Positions 1 through 10,055 of a stretch of 64,000 nt of DNA are shown piece after piece. Under the pieces are notes generated by a model. It was not told where the DNA came from. It saw only the letters and a list, made by a program, of their open reading frames with translations, and made no database searches. Location of the stretch: assembly GCA_041309005.1 (NCBI GenBank), contig JBFZAN010000075.1:1621-65620 (forward strand). Reading direction: 5' to 3'. Position 1 is the first letter of the stretch, and each line of letters opens with the position of its first letter. The position numbers and the translations under genes are program-made. The DNA is from Candidatus Omnitrophota bacterium (GTDB lineage Bacteria; Omnitrophota; Gorgyraeia; Gygaellales; Profunditerraquicolaceae).

Positions 1-749
1 GCGATATAGCCGCGGTGGTGGATGATATTGAAATTCTGATAGATAGGCACCAGGCAAAATACATTTTCTTTACCGATTCGGTTTTTAATGATACGGCAGG
101 GAATTACCTTTTACTCCTTGATGAAATGGAAAAAAGAAAGATCAGTATTCCCTGGACGGCATTTTTTAAGCCGCAAGGGTTAGACGGCAGGGCCATTGAG
201 TTAATGAAGAAAACCGGGTTAAAAGCTGCCGAGATTGGGGCGGATGCACCTACGGATACGACTTTGAAAGGCCTGGGCAAGACTTTCAGCTTTGCGGACG
301 TGATTGCCTGCAATGACCTGTTTGCCGGATACCAGATAGCCACAGCCCACTATTTTATGTTTGGTTGCCCCGCGGAAACTGAGAAGAGCGTGTTGGAGGG
401 AATAGAAAATATTAAAAGCCTGAAAAAAACCGTGTCTTTTATTTTTATGGGAATACGCATACTTCCAGGCACCCCGCTTGCTGATGTAGCGCAAAAAGAG
501 GGGGTCATTACGCCCGGCCAAGATTTGCTTGACCCGGTTTATTATATTGCCCCGGGAATAGACAGGGCTTGGCTCCAAAATGTTTTAACGGAGGCGTTTA
601 AAGGTATGCGCAATTGCGTTTTCCCTCCGGATGCTTTGGATAGCAGCCTCGCATTTTTACATAAATTAGGTTATTCCGGCTCTCTCTGGGATATGCTTAT
701 CCCGGGGAATTTCAAGCGTAAACGAAAGAGTGCAGATGCCAGAAAATAA
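1..749 (+). CDS. Radical SAM superfamily protein, C-terminal part (5-prime truncated by window edge; first in-frame GTG at 15)
   Basis: Reading frame is open to position 1. C-terminal region aligns by eye with the C-terminal half of the B12-radical SAM protein at 8594-10051 (FVDDxF...EM.KR.I...W.AF.KP.GLD...ELMKK.GL). The CxxxCxxC motif would lie upstream of the window. Confidence 0.5.
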   Translation, partial: DIAAVVDDIEILIDRHQAKYIFFTDSVFNDTAGNYLLLLDEMEKRKISIPWTAFFKPQGLDGRAIELMKKTGLKAAEIGADAPTDTTLKGLGKTFSFADVIACNDLFAGYQIATAHYFMFGCPAETEKSVLEGIENIKSLKKTVSFIFMGIRILPGTPLADVAQKEGVITPGQDLLDPVYYIAPGIDRAWLQNVLTEAFKGMRNCVFPPDALDSSLAFLHKLGYSGSLWDMLIPGNFKRKRKSADARK

Positions 750-1926
750 TGTTTTTTCCACAGGACATATTTGGTGCGCGATTCCGGCATTTAATAATAA
801 AGATACAGTACAAGCAGTTGCTTTAGGGTGCCGTCAGTATCTTGAACACGTTATTGTGATTGACGACGGATCTACTGATTGCGATATCAAGGCGCTATTA
901 CGCAATACGGATATAATTGTTTTAAGGCACGATAAAAATCTAGGCAAGGGCCGAGCCCTGCGCACAGCCTTGAGCTTTATCGAAAAAAAGGGGGGCGAAT
1001 TTATGCTGGCCATTGATGCTGACGGCCAGCACTATCCCGAGGGCATATTGGATTTTATTCCGTTGCTGCAAGATGATGTTGCTGCGATTATTGTGGGACG
1101 CCGCAATTTTAATCAGAAACAGGTGCCTTTCAATAGCCGTTTTGGCCGGAAGTTTTCTAATTTGTGGATTAAGCTTGAAACCGGCATAGGCATACATGAT
1201 TCGCAAAGCGGATTTCGCGCCTATCCGGTAAGATATATTTCCAAGATGAAGCTTAATGGTAATTATTACGATTTTGAGGTAGAAATTTTAGCCCGAGCTG
1301 TTTGGGCAGGGCTTAAACTGAAGGAGGTTCCGGTTAACGTATTTTATCCGGAAGCAAGGTTACGCGTTTCCAGCTTCCATCCATTTATTGATAACCTGCG
1401 TATCAGCCTTATGCATGCCCGCCTTATCGGGCGCAGGCTCGTGCCATTGCCTTATCCAAGGGTAGTGCCTTTAGAAAATAAAAATATCCAGATGGATATA
1501 ATCAGCCACCCTATAAAATTACTAAAAAGATTACTCAAAGAAAATTCAACTCCTTTAGACTTAGCTGTTTCTTCCGGCGTGGCTATTTTTTTAGGCGTGT
1601 TGCCGTTAGTTTCGGTCCATATGTTGGTAATTATGTATGTCACTAGCAGGCTGCATTTAAATAAAATAATGGCGTTAGCTATTCAGAATTTGTGTATGCC
1701 GCCGTTTGTGCCGATTGCCTGTATTGAGCTTGGCTTTTTTTTGCGCTACGGAAGGTGGCTTACTGACATCTCCTGGAAGACAACTTTTGGTTCAATCCCC
1801 CAGCGGTTATGGGAATGGTTCCTGGGGTCACTCATACTGGCGCCGATAATGGCGATATCCGTGGCCATTATCGTGTATGTTATAAGCCGGAGGATACAAA
1901 AAAGAACAGTCGGATATGCAAAATAA
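730..1926 (+). CDS. Family 2 glycosyltransferase with C-terminal polytopic membrane (DUF2062-like) domain
   Basis: N-terminal GT-A fold signatures (IPAFNN...VIVIDDGSTD, DADGQ DxD-like motif). C-terminal ~130 aa hydrophobic. Overlaps upstream gene by 20 nt. Confidence 0.7.
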   Translation: MQMPENNVFSTGHIWCAIPAFNNKDTVQAVALGCRQYLEHVIVIDDGSTDCDIKALLRNTDIIVLRHDKNLGKGRALRTALSFIEKKGGEFMLAIDADGQHYPEGILDFIPLLQDDVAAIIVGRRNFNQKQVPFNSRFGRKFSNLWIKLETGIGIHDSQSGFRAYPVRYISKMKLNGNYYDFEVEILARAVWAGLKLKEVPVNVFYPEARLRVSSFHPFIDNLRISLMHARLIGRRLVPLPYPRVVPLENKNIQMDIISHPIKLLKRLLKENSTPLDLAVSSGVAIFLGVLPLVSVHMLVIMYVTSRLHLNKIMALAIQNLCMPPFVPIACIELGFFLRYGRWLTDISWKTTFGSIPQRLWEWFLGSLILAPIMAISVAIIVYVISRRIQKRTVGYAK

Positions 1927-2827
1927 GGTACCGCCAGAGAAAGTATCCGCCCAAAAGAGGGGCAATAGGTTGGGTTTTTGGTTTTTTAAAGCCTGTGTGA
2001 AACTTTTTGGCTTATCCGGGGCGTATGGTTTGTTGTATTTTGTCTGCGCGCATTATTTGCTTTTTGATAAAAAAGCAGTAAAAAACGCGCTGGCGTATAT
2101 ACAAAGAAGATTTCCCGGATGCGGGTCGTTTGCAAGTTTTTTTAAGGTGTACCGCTTATTTGTCAGCCAGGGCAAACAGCTGATTGACCGTTTTGCCATT
2201 ATTTCCGGCAGCGCCATATTTGATATTGAGCTGAAAGGCTATGAACGCTTAAGTTCTTTATTAGCAGACAAAAATAAAGGCTTTGTCCTTTTGACTGCCC
2301 ATGTAGGCAGTTGGCAGGTAGCGTTAACTACTTTGAAAAAACTGCATAAGCCGGTGTATTTGGTAATGCGCCCGGAAGATAATGCCGCGGTAAGGGAATC
2401 TTTAAATATAGATGCCCAGGATGATTTTATCCGGGTCATTTCTCCCGAAGGGTATTTAGGAGGCGTGGTTGAGGCAATGAATGTGCTAAGGGAAGGTTGC
2501 ATTGTTTCAATCATGGGCGATCGTAAATACGGATTTGAGGGGATAGATATTTCTTTTCTAAAAGATAAGGCTTCTTTCCCTTTTGGAGCGTTTAGTATTG
2601 CCGCAAGCAGCAATTGCCCGGTAGTAGTGTTATTGTCCGCAAAATTACCCGGGCGTAAATACATTGTGGATGTATCGCATGTGTTAACCCCTCGTTACGA
2701 TGCAGCGAAGGATAAGAAGGAGCAGCTAAGGAAATATGTCCAGGAATTTGCCGGGGTTTTGGATAAATATATTGAAGAATACCCATACCAGTGCTTTTTA
2801 TTTTATGACGTCTGGAGAGTAGAGTAG
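1916..2827 (+). CDS. LpxL/HtrB-family (Lip_A_acyltrans) lysophospholipid-type acyltransferase
   Basis: N-terminal TM helix. LLTAHVGSWQ resembles the HxxxxE/D catalytic motif (HFGNWE) of lipid A late acyltransferases. ~300 aa. Confidence 0.6.
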   Translation: MQNKVPPEKVSAQKRGNRLGFWFFKACVKLFGLSGAYGLLYFVCAHYLLFDKKAVKNALAYIQRRFPGCGSFASFFKVYRLFVSQGKQLIDRFAIISGSAIFDIELKGYERLSSLLADKNKGFVLLTAHVGSWQVALTTLKKLHKPVYLVMRPEDNAAVRESLNIDAQDDFIRVISPEGYLGGVVEAMNVLREGCIVSIMGDRKYGFEGIDISFLKDKASFPFGAFSIAASSNCPVVVLLSAKLPGRKYIVDVSHVLTPRYDAAKDKKEQLRKYVQEFAGVLDKYIEEYPYQCFLFYDVWRVE

Positions 2828-2838
2828 GAGGAGAGAAA

Positions 2839-3120
2839 ATGGAAAGTAATAGAGAGCAGGGTTTAGCCGAAATTCGTAAGAAGCTAAAGCAACTTCTGGT
2901 TACCAGCCTGTCGCTTGAAGACATTAAGCCGGAGAATATCAAAGACGACGAAATTCTTTTTGGCGAAGGGCTGGGCCTGGATTCTTTGGATGCCGTTGAA
3001 ATTGTGGTTTTGCTGCAGCGGAATTTCGGCCTGGAAGTAAAAGACATGAATCAAGGAAAAAAGATTTTTTATTCCGTAGATACTCTGGCGAATTATATCT
3101 ACGAAAACCAAAAGGTTTAA
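2839..3120 (+). CDS. Acyl carrier protein
   Basis: 93 aa, acidic, LGLDSLDAVEIV phosphopantetheine attachment motif (DSL). RBS GGAGGAG 8 nt upstream. Confidence 0.8.
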   Translation: MESNREQGLAEIRKKLKQLLVTSLSLEDIKPENIKDDEILFGEGLGLDSLDAVEIVVLLQRNFGLEVKDMNQGKKIFYSVDTLANYIYENQKV

Positions 3121-3129
3121 CATTCGCGC

Positions 3130-4296
3130 TTGATGTATACTCCAGTTGTTATAAGCGGCATGGGCGCTCTATGCGCCGCGGGCAAAAACGTCGAGGAGAT
3201 ATTAGCGTCGTTTAGCGCAGGGCAGCGCGCTTTGCAGCCACCAATGCTTTTTCCTACCGCGCTGGATTATCCTGTATTTGAAGTAAAAGGATTCTCTTGT
3301 CCAACGGGCGTTATGCGTACGCTGGCGTTGGCATTTGCGGCAGCTGCTGAAAGCTTGCGGCACGCCGGTCTCCCGCAGAGTTTGCGCGGCATGCGCACAG
3401 GGGTGTGTCTGGGCACCACTGTAGCAAGCCAGCTTAATGACGAAAATTGGTATACTGAATATAAAACTACCGGTTCTGCGCCGCAGGAACCAGTTGATAT
3501 TTATTTGAAAGGAAATATTGCCGAGGCATTTACGGAAAAATTTAATATCAAGGGGCCGGCGCTGACAGTGGTAAATGCCTGTTCATCCGGAGCCGATGCC
3601 ATAGGCGTTGCTTTAAGTTGGTTACAAACCGATTTATGCGATATCGTGATTGCGGGAGGAGCGGATGAAATGAATCATGTGCCTTACTGCGGCTTTGGGG
3701 CTTTAGGAGTAACGAGTCGGCAACCGTGTATGCCTTTTGACCGTGACCGTAACGGGCTTAATCTCGGGGAAGGCGCCGGGATACTCATCCTTGAGAAAGA
3801 AACGCATGCCCGTAAACGAGGGAATCGTTCGATACTATACGTTACCGGATACGGCGCGGCTGCAGATGCTTATCATCTGACCGCGCCGCGACCAGACGGA
3901 ACTGGCTTAGAGATAGCAATTAGCAAGGCATTGCGGCAGGCGGGTATACAGGAGGCTGATATCGCGTTTATTAACGCGCATGGCACTGCCACGCGCGATA
4001 ACGATAAGGCAGAAGGCAGGCTTTTTAAGCGGATGTTCGGTCCGGATGTAAAGTTTATCTCAACTAAAGGTTTTACCGGCCACGCGCTGGGTGCCACCGG
4101 CGCAATGGAAGCCATATTTACAGCGCTCGGCTTAAGAGAAGGCTGGGTTCCGGCTAATATTGGATTCAGCCAGGTTGATGAAGAGATCGGTATTGCTCCG
4201 GTCAGGGAAAGAACAAATATTACAGGCGAGCATGCGCTCTCAACGTCTTTAGCATTCGGCGGCAACAATGCCGCACTCATTATTGAACGAAAATGA
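3130..4296 (+). CDS. Beta-ketoacyl-ACP synthase (FabF/FabB-like elongating KS)
   Basis: Active-site Cys in VVNACSSGADAIG. His-His pair (INAHGTAT, GHALGATGA). C-terminal FGGNNAALIIE typical of KAS I/II. Confidence 0.85.
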   Translation: MMYTPVVISGMGALCAAGKNVEEILASFSAGQRALQPPMLFPTALDYPVFEVKGFSCPTGVMRTLALAFAAAAESLRHAGLPQSLRGMRTGVCLGTTVASQLNDENWYTEYKTTGSAPQEPVDIYLKGNIAEAFTEKFNIKGPALTVVNACSSGADAIGVALSWLQTDLCDIVIAGGADEMNHVPYCGFGALGVTSRQPCMPFDRDRNGLNLGEGAGILILEKETHARKRGNRSILYVTGYGAAADAYHLTAPRPDGTGLEIAISKALRQAGIQEADIAFINAHGTATRDNDKAEGRLFKRMFGPDVKFISTKGFTGHALGATGAMEAIFTALGLREGWVPANIGFSQVDEEIGIAPVRERTNITGEHALSTSLAFGGNNAALIIERK

Positions 4297-5039
4297 TAAA
4301 TATTAACGGGATAGGCATCATTTGCAATTATGGCAGGGGGATTGACGCGGTTAAGCTCGCATTAGAGAATGGGCACACGCATGATATTTTCACTTCCAGA
4401 GTAAACGACGATATCCTTAAAGATAAAATCTTTTCCAAAGACGCCCGCCGCAGCGACCGGTTTGATCGAATGGCCGTCCTGGCAGCGCTTGACGCCATAT
4501 CTTCTTCCGGAATTAACAGTGAAGTTGAAACGAATAACATCGGCATAATTCTCGCTACCGGCTTTGGCCCGCATGTGACTACATTCCGCTTTTTAGATGA
4601 TATTCTTGCCTACAAAGAGCCTGATGTCTCTCCGATATTATTCTCGCATTCCGTGCATAACGCAGCTGTTTCTTATATTTCTTCGCTTGCCGGAGTACGC
4701 GGGCCGACTTTGACGGTTACCAGGTTTTTTCGCGCGTTTGACGAAGCGCTCTCACTCGCCAATGCATGGCTGGAGCAAAAAAGAGTGCGTTTCGTCCTTG
4801 TGGGAGCTGTTGATGAGCAGAGTAATAGTATGGAATATATTACAAAAACTAAGGCCGGAATTACGCTTGGCGAAGGGAGCGTATTTTTTGTTGTGAGCAA
4901 AGAAAAGTGTGCTAAAATTTATTTGAAGGTGGAGCCGCTCACAAGCCTAAGTGCTGCGGCAACGGCACCTATTCAGAGCGCGTTTAATTCTGCGGCAGCA
5001 ATTATACTAAAAATTTATAATAAAGATACACCCGACTGA
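4293..5039 (+). CDS. Ketosynthase N-terminal-domain-like protein lacking catalytic cysteine (chain-length-factor-like partner)
   Basis: ATGA overlap with the KS gene. Thiolase-fold N-domain-like sequence (GIILATGFGP...AGVRGPTLTV), but the position of the nucleophilic Cys reads TRFFRAF. Only 248 aa. Confidence 0.5.
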   Translation: MININGIGIICNYGRGIDAVKLALENGHTHDIFTSRVNDDILKDKIFSKDARRSDRFDRMAVLAALDAISSSGINSEVETNNIGIILATGFGPHVTTFRFLDDILAYKEPDVSPILFSHSVHNAAVSYISSLAGVRGPTLTVTRFFRAFDEALSLANAWLEQKRVRFVLVGAVDEQSNSMEYITKTKAGITLGEGSVFFVVSKEKCAKIYLKVEPLTSLSAAATAPIQSAFNSAAAIILKIYNKDTPD

Positions 5040-5050
5040 GGAGGGAAGAG

Positions 5051-5635
5051 ATGAAACAAAAATTGAATGTTTTCGCCTGCCTTACTTTTGCCTGCGCCTT
5101 GTTGATACCCGCACGTGCCTGTTATGCCGGAGAAAAAGGTACCGATAGCCCGGTTAATAAGGCCTATTATACCGCTGTGAATATTTGGGTCGAGGAAGCA
5201 GGACAAATCTTTACTACCAACTTTCATAAAGGAACGATACTTCCAATTAATACAAAAGTTAAGATTGCGGAATATAGCGGGAAGGGTTTTAGTTTTACCG
5301 ATGGAAAAGGAACTAAGTATAAAATAGTTTATATGGCAAAACATTCGAATTTGCCTGTAAAAGAAGTGTTTCAGAGATACTTCTCTGAAAAAGAAATTCC
5401 TCTTGGCAAATTCACTAGAGAAGAACGCAAGAATATTGAGGCAGGGACGATTGCCGTAGGCATGTCCAAGGATGCGGTGATTGCTGCGTATGGATATCCG
5501 CCCAGCCATCAGACGCCTTCTTTAGAGGGCAAGCAGTGGAAATACTGGCAGGATCGGGTGAGAAACTTTCTGGTGCTTTTTGATAAAGATAACAAAGTGG
5601 AAGTTCCTTCGGCTAGAAGGGAAGATATAAAGTAA
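5051..5635 (+). CDS. Secreted protein with BamE/SmpA_OmlA-like C-terminal domain
   Basis: Signal peptide MKQKLNVFACLTFACALLIPARACYAG. C-terminal GMSKDAVIAAYGYPPS...WKYW resembles the BamE fold motif. RBS GAGGAGGG upstream. Confidence 0.4.
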   Translation: MKQKLNVFACLTFACALLIPARACYAGEKGTDSPVNKAYYTAVNIWVEEAGQIFTTNFHKGTILPINTKVKIAEYSGKGFSFTDGKGTKYKIVYMAKHSNLPVKEVFQRYFSEKEIPLGKFTREERKNIEAGTIAVGMSKDAVIAAYGYPPSHQTPSLEGKQWKYWQDRVRNFLVLFDKDNKVEVPSARREDIK

Positions 5636-5884
5636 AGCGTGCGTATTTATTATAGGCCGGAAAGAAGAGGGGACAGTTTTGCTTTCTATCAATTTTAATT
5701 GAGAAGGAGGCGTATAGGCGCAAGGCAATTAATCGTATTGTTTTATCAATATGGTTATGAAGAAAGCCGGTATATGGCAAAACCCCGCATAGACCATCGT
5801 TGGATGCTTGCCTCTTTTTTGTGCGCCATAGGTCCAGCTTTTATATAAACTCATAGAGAAACACGCGTCTTATTAATTATATCA

Positions 5885-6127
5885 ATGACCCGGCGAGAAG
5901 TAGAAGAAATTCTTAAAAGAGAAATCCATATAATTCTTGGCGGCAATATAGAGGTGCGCCTGGATGAAGAACTCCACACTATAGGAATGGACTCTATGGG
6001 TTTTGTTGAACTCCTTGTGTTTATTGAGAAACGTTTTGGTATCCGGCTTATTGATTCAGGGCTTACCAAAGATGATTTTCGCACCGTGCGTTCCCTGGCA
6101 GAGTGCATTAGTAAAAAGACGGCCTAA
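5885..6127 (+). CDS. Acyl carrier protein (second copy)
   Basis: 80 aa, IGMDSMGFVELLVFIEKRFG with DSM Ser motif in the helix-2 position. Confidence 0.7.
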   Translation: MTRREVEEILKREIHIILGGNIEVRLDEELHTIGMDSMGFVELLVFIEKRFGIRLIDSGLTKDDFRTVRSLAECISKKTA

Positions 6128-7450
6128 ATGGTTTCCCTCCCGTATTCGCCCGACAAATATTACCTGGGCGGCCTTGACTGGATAATTCACGCTCTTAATT
6201 ATCTTTCCCGGAAAGCTACCGGCTGCGGCAATTTAAGCCAGGTAATCCTGCGGCTAAGCGTGCCGCTTGACGAAGCTATCCTAAAAGAAAAACTTACCTC
6301 TTTTATGTGCCTTTTTCCTTGCGCTCAAGGATGGGTTAGCCGCGATTATAACCTCGCCCCATATTGGAAATATCCGCGCCACGCAAAGCCGGTAATTGAA
6401 TTACGCTGCAAACGTTGCCAAGACAAGGAAGAAGCGTTTGCGGTTTTATTCAAAGCAGTAAATCTTCCGTTTAAAAGCAAGCAGGAGCATGTGCGTTTTT
6501 GTTGTGTCAGGACCCCGCAGGAGTGTTATTTTTCTCTTGTGTTTGACCATCGGCTTTTTGACGCGCGGGGAGCGGAGGATTTTTTATTCCTATTTAACGA
6601 ATTCTTTTGCGGCCGTTTTACCGTGAATGGAACCGTGCGTCCGGTTCAGGCAGCCGGGCTCTCGCATTGGAAAGAAAAGTTTCTTGCCGGCAAGCGGATT
6701 AACCGCCTGTTCATCGGGCTTTCCCACGGTGCAAGTGTCCGGCATATTCCCTTACCGGATAAGGCGCAAGGCGGGCATTTTCAATTCCGCGTCCTGACTT
6801 TCGGCAAGGACCAATCGCAGGCCATTACTGATAACGCGTATAATACTGCCGGTTATCTGATGCTTGCTCCGTATCTGTTGGCCGTAAGCTTATTGAGCGT
6901 ACGCGAGTGTTTCAAAGATTATCTGCAAGATGGTTCTGATTTCTTAGTGCCGCTAAATACTGACATCCGCAAGCGCCACAGCGGATTAAAACAATTATTT
7001 TTTAATCATCTATCATTCTTACTCCTGAGAATAAAAGATAAAGATATCCGTGCGAACAAAGAGTTCATATCCGAAGTCACCCGCGCCGTGTACAGTGAGA
7101 TGTCCAGCGGCTCAACATATGACCTTGAACAGGCAAGCCTCCTGCTGCGCATTGCGCCGCTCGTGATCCTTCAAGGCATTATCGGGTCTTTCATGCGTAA
7201 GCAGGCTGTTTCATTTGCCTTTTCTTATGTTAATAATAGTTCCGGTATCCGCGATTTTTGCGGCAGCCCTTTAGAAGAAATGATCCACACGCCACGCATG
7301 GCGCTTATGTCCGGTATCGGAGTGTTCTTCACGCAGTTTGCGGGCAATATTTCGGTGACACTGTCGTTTTTGAAAGGCCTGATTAAAGAGAAGGATGCCG
7401 AGCAGTTTATGGCACAATTGGAAGAAAGATTATTAACACGCTACACGTAG
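6128..7450 (+). CDS. Hypothetical protein, possible HxxxD-type acyltransferase (condensation/WS-DGAT-like superfamily)
   Basis: Starts immediately after the ACP stop. FDHRLFDARG resembles the HHxxxDG catalytic motif. No other recognisable motifs. Confidence 0.3.
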   Translation: MVSLPYSPDKYYLGGLDWIIHALNYLSRKATGCGNLSQVILRLSVPLDEAILKEKLTSFMCLFPCAQGWVSRDYNLAPYWKYPRHAKPVIELRCKRCQDKEEAFAVLFKAVNLPFKSKQEHVRFCCVRTPQECYFSLVFDHRLFDARGAEDFLFLFNEFFCGRFTVNGTVRPVQAAGLSHWKEKFLAGKRINRLFIGLSHGASVRHIPLPDKAQGGHFQFRVLTFGKDQSQAITDNAYNTAGYLMLAPYLLAVSLLSVRECFKDYLQDGSDFLVPLNTDIRKRHSGLKQLFFNHLSFLLLRIKDKDIRANKEFISEVTRAVYSEMSSGSTYDLEQASLLLRIAPLVILQGIIGSFMRKQAVSFAFSYVNNSSGIRDFCGSPLEEMIHTPRMALMSGIGVFFTQFAGNISVTLSFLKGLIKEKDAEQFMAQLEERLLTRYT

Positions 7451-7457
7451 AAGGATA

Positions 7458-8597
7458 ATGAATTATACCGTCATTGCAGGCGCTGGCCTTGCAGGAGTAT
7501 GTGCCGCGGTTAGTTGCGCGCGTCAAGGCAAGCGGGTAGTGCTGATTGAAAAAAACAGTTTCCCCGGAGGCATAGCCGTAATATTACAGCATCGGGTGTT
7601 GTGCGGCTTATATCCGAATACGCTTGAGCGTCCCAGTAAGTTTTTAAATAAAGGGATTACGCCGGAATTATGCCGCCTGCTTGCGCCTGGACAGAAGCCA
7701 TTGCGTATGGGCAGGGTATGGGTGCTTCCCTTTGACCCTGCGCGCCTGGCTTTGATATTGGCTGTTTTTTTAAAGCGCGAAAGAAATATTGAGGTATTGT
7801 ATGACACCGAGTTTAAGTCATGCGTATGTGAGAATAACAATATAACTGCTGTCATGCTTAAGCGCCGCAGCCGCAGGTTTACGCTGCGGCCGCGTATGGT
7901 TATCGATGCCGGCACCGGAAGTGTCGTGCAGAAGGCAGGAGCTGCTGTGCGCTTAGAGTCAAATGAGAAACGCCAGTTTGCCGGATACACTATGCTCGTA
8001 GGCGGAGTCCTGTTTAACGAGGAGCTTGCTATACGCGTTCCTTATTGTTTACGACAGGCTGTCGGGAAGGGGTTGTTTGAGCGCCATGCGCAGTTTACCC
8101 TCGTGTATCCCGGAATGAAAAAATCTGAATTATATATAAAATACGCTTTACCTGTGGATACGGATGTTTCTGCAGCAAAGCGAGTGGCAGGCACTCTTTT
8201 AAGGTTTCTTATGCAAAACATTGTTGATTTTAAACGCAGCCGCGTTCTCTGGCAGGCGAAACAGGCATGTAACCGGGATTGCGCGCGGCTTTCGGGTGCG
8301 TATGTGATGAAGGCGCGCGATGTGCTTTCAGGCAGGAAATTCAGCGATGCCGTTATAAACGGCGCATGGCCCGTGGAATCCTGGAATATGGCGGGCGGTT
8401 TGCAATACTCTTATGTCGCAAACGGCTATTATCAGGTTCCACCTGGAGCGTTAAGGGCGAAGCGCATAAAGAATCTGTTCGCATGCGGGCGCTCTACGGC
8501 AGCGGACGGTGTCGCCGCAGCCACTCTGCGCGCTGGCGGCATGTGCATGGCAACAGGCGAAGCCGCAGGCCGCGCGGCAGCAGAGCAGGGAACATGA
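7458..8597 (+). CDS. FAD-dependent oxidoreductase
   Basis: N-terminal Rossmann dinucleotide motif VIAGAGLAGVCAA...VVLIEK. C-terminal GRSTAADGVAAATLRAGG typical of FAD oxidoreductases. Confidence 0.65.
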   Translation: MNYTVIAGAGLAGVCAAVSCARQGKRVVLIEKNSFPGGIAVILQHRVLCGLYPNTLERPSKFLNKGITPELCRLLAPGQKPLRMGRVWVLPFDPARLALILAVFLKRERNIEVLYDTEFKSCVCENNNITAVMLKRRSRRFTLRPRMVIDAGTGSVVQKAGAAVRLESNEKRQFAGYTMLVGGVLFNEELAIRVPYCLRQAVGKGLFERHAQFTLVYPGMKKSELYIKYALPVDTDVSAAKRVAGTLLRFLMQNIVDFKRSRVLWQAKQACNRDCARLSGAYVMKARDVLSGRKFSDAVINGAWPVESWNMAGGLQYSYVANGYYQVPPGALRAKRIKNLFACGRSTAADGVAAATLRAGGMCMATGEAAGRAAAEQGT

Positions 8598-10051
8598 AAA
8601 TCTTACTGGTAAAGCCATTTTCGGAGTTGTTGGTAGCAAAGCGCCTAGAAGAAGGGTTCTTGCGTCTTGAGCCGCTGGGCTTAGAAATTGTGGCTGGAGG
8701 CGTACCGCAGGAGGATGATGTCCGCATTCTTGATTTGGGTTTATACAAAGATCCGGTGCGCAAGTTTGAAGAAACTGTGCGCGGGTATCTGCCCGATATA
8801 GTCGGTTTTTCCGCCTATAGCTCTATGGTCGGAACAGTGAAACAGCTCAGCTGCAGTGCGAAAAAAATAGATTCGGGTATTAAAATAGTTGTCGGGGGCA
8901 TTCATGCGACAGTCGTTCCCGCTGATTTCAATGATCCGTTTATAGATATTGTAGTTCGCGGAGAAGGTGGCACCGCTATGCGCGAGATTATCCGAAGGCA
9001 TAAGAATAACGAGCCGTTATATTTCAGTGACATTGCTTTTGCTCCGGCCGCACCTGATTTTACCGTTAAAGCCGCGTCTGCTCCGCCGTCTTATCCGGAC
9101 GTCCGCGATATACCGCGGCCAAGGCGTGATCTGGTTGAAAGAACCCGCTATTTTTGTGTGTGGACAAGGAGCGATACTAACCGGTTGGACCATCTTTTTC
9201 CGCAGGTAGCAAGTATGCGCACTTCGATTGGCTGCGCGTATTCCTGCTCGTTTTGCGTGATACATTACCTGATGAACGGTAAATATCTTAAACGCGACCC
9301 GGAAGATGTGGTTGATGAGATTGCCGGTATCCGCGAAGACTATATCTATTTTGTGGATGATGAGATGTTTTTGGATGCCGCGCGCGTGCGGCGTATTGCG
9401 GAGATGCTGAAAGAAAAAGGCATCCGCAAACATTATATCAGTTGGGCGCGCAGTGATACGATTGTTCGTTATCCGGAAGTCTTTAAACTGTGGAAGGAAA
9501 TAGGGCTTGATGTGGTGTATGTTGGCCTTGAGTCAGTTGATGAATCTCGCCTCGCCGAGTACGCTAAACGCACCAGCATTGATACGAACCGCCGGGCAGT
9601 TAACATTTTAAAGGATTTTGGTATTATGCTGCACGCAGCTTTTATCGTGCACCCTGATTTTGAGGCAGATGATTTCTGCCGGCTTGAGGCTGAGATCAAG
9701 CGCATAAGCCCTGCGGAAATTACTTTTACCGTGCTTTCTCCGTCTCCGGGTACGAAATTCTGGAACGATAATAGAAATAGATTTATCTGCGACCCCTACC
9801 GGTTTTATGACTGCATGCACACGATTCTACCCGCGCGGTTACCTTTGCGGCGCTTCTACCAGCATTTTGGAAAGCTGACCAGCCTTGCGCTGCGCGCAAA
9901 TCCCTTGCGTATGCAGCGTATCCGCGTGCCGTTGCCTGATTTTTTGAGGGCGGTTTTTTGCGGGACCAGGTATATTTTTTCGCTCTACTCAATTTATAAA
10001 GACTACAAAGGCTTGCTAAAAGACGAGCTTATTTACGGAAAACACGCCTAA
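8594..10051 (+). CDS. B12-binding domain radical SAM protein
   Basis: Start corrected to the ATG at 8594 (ATGA overlap with upstream stop); the track ORF 8279.. is a spurious 5-prime extension. N-terminal cobalamin-binding domain (MKILLVKP...LGLEIVAGGV...DVRILD). CxxxCxxC cluster SIGCAYSCSFCV. Confidence 0.8.
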   Translation: MKILLVKPFSELLVAKRLEEGFLRLEPLGLEIVAGGVPQEDDVRILDLGLYKDPVRKFEETVRGYLPDIVGFSAYSSMVGTVKQLSCSAKKIDSGIKIVVGGIHATVVPADFNDPFIDIVVRGEGGTAMREIIRRHKNNEPLYFSDIAFAPAAPDFTVKAASAPPSYPDVRDIPRPRRDLVERTRYFCVWTRSDTNRLDHLFPQVASMRTSIGCAYSCSFCVIHYLMNGKYLKRDPEDVVDEIAGIREDYIYFVDDEMFLDAARVRRIAEMLKEKGIRKHYISWARSDTIVRYPEVFKLWKEIGLDVVYVGLESVDESRLAEYAKRTSIDTNRRAVNILKDFGIMLHAAFIVHPDFEADDFCRLEAEIKRISPAEITFTVLSPSPGTKFWNDNRNRFICDPYRFYDCMHTILPARLPLRRFYQHFGKLTSLALRANPLRMQRIRVPLPDFLRAVFCGTRYIFSLYSIYKDYKGLLKDELIYGKHA

Positions 10052-10055
10052 GTTT

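Noticed and set aside
8279-8593. Long N-terminal extension of the radical SAM ORF (track ORF 8279-10051), overlapping the FAD oxidoreductase gene in another frame
   Set aside because: The extension is Arg/Cys-rich nonsense typical of GC-rich out-of-frame sequence. An ATG at 8594 gives the canonical B12-binding domain start (MKILLVKP) with an ATGA overlap to the upstream stop.
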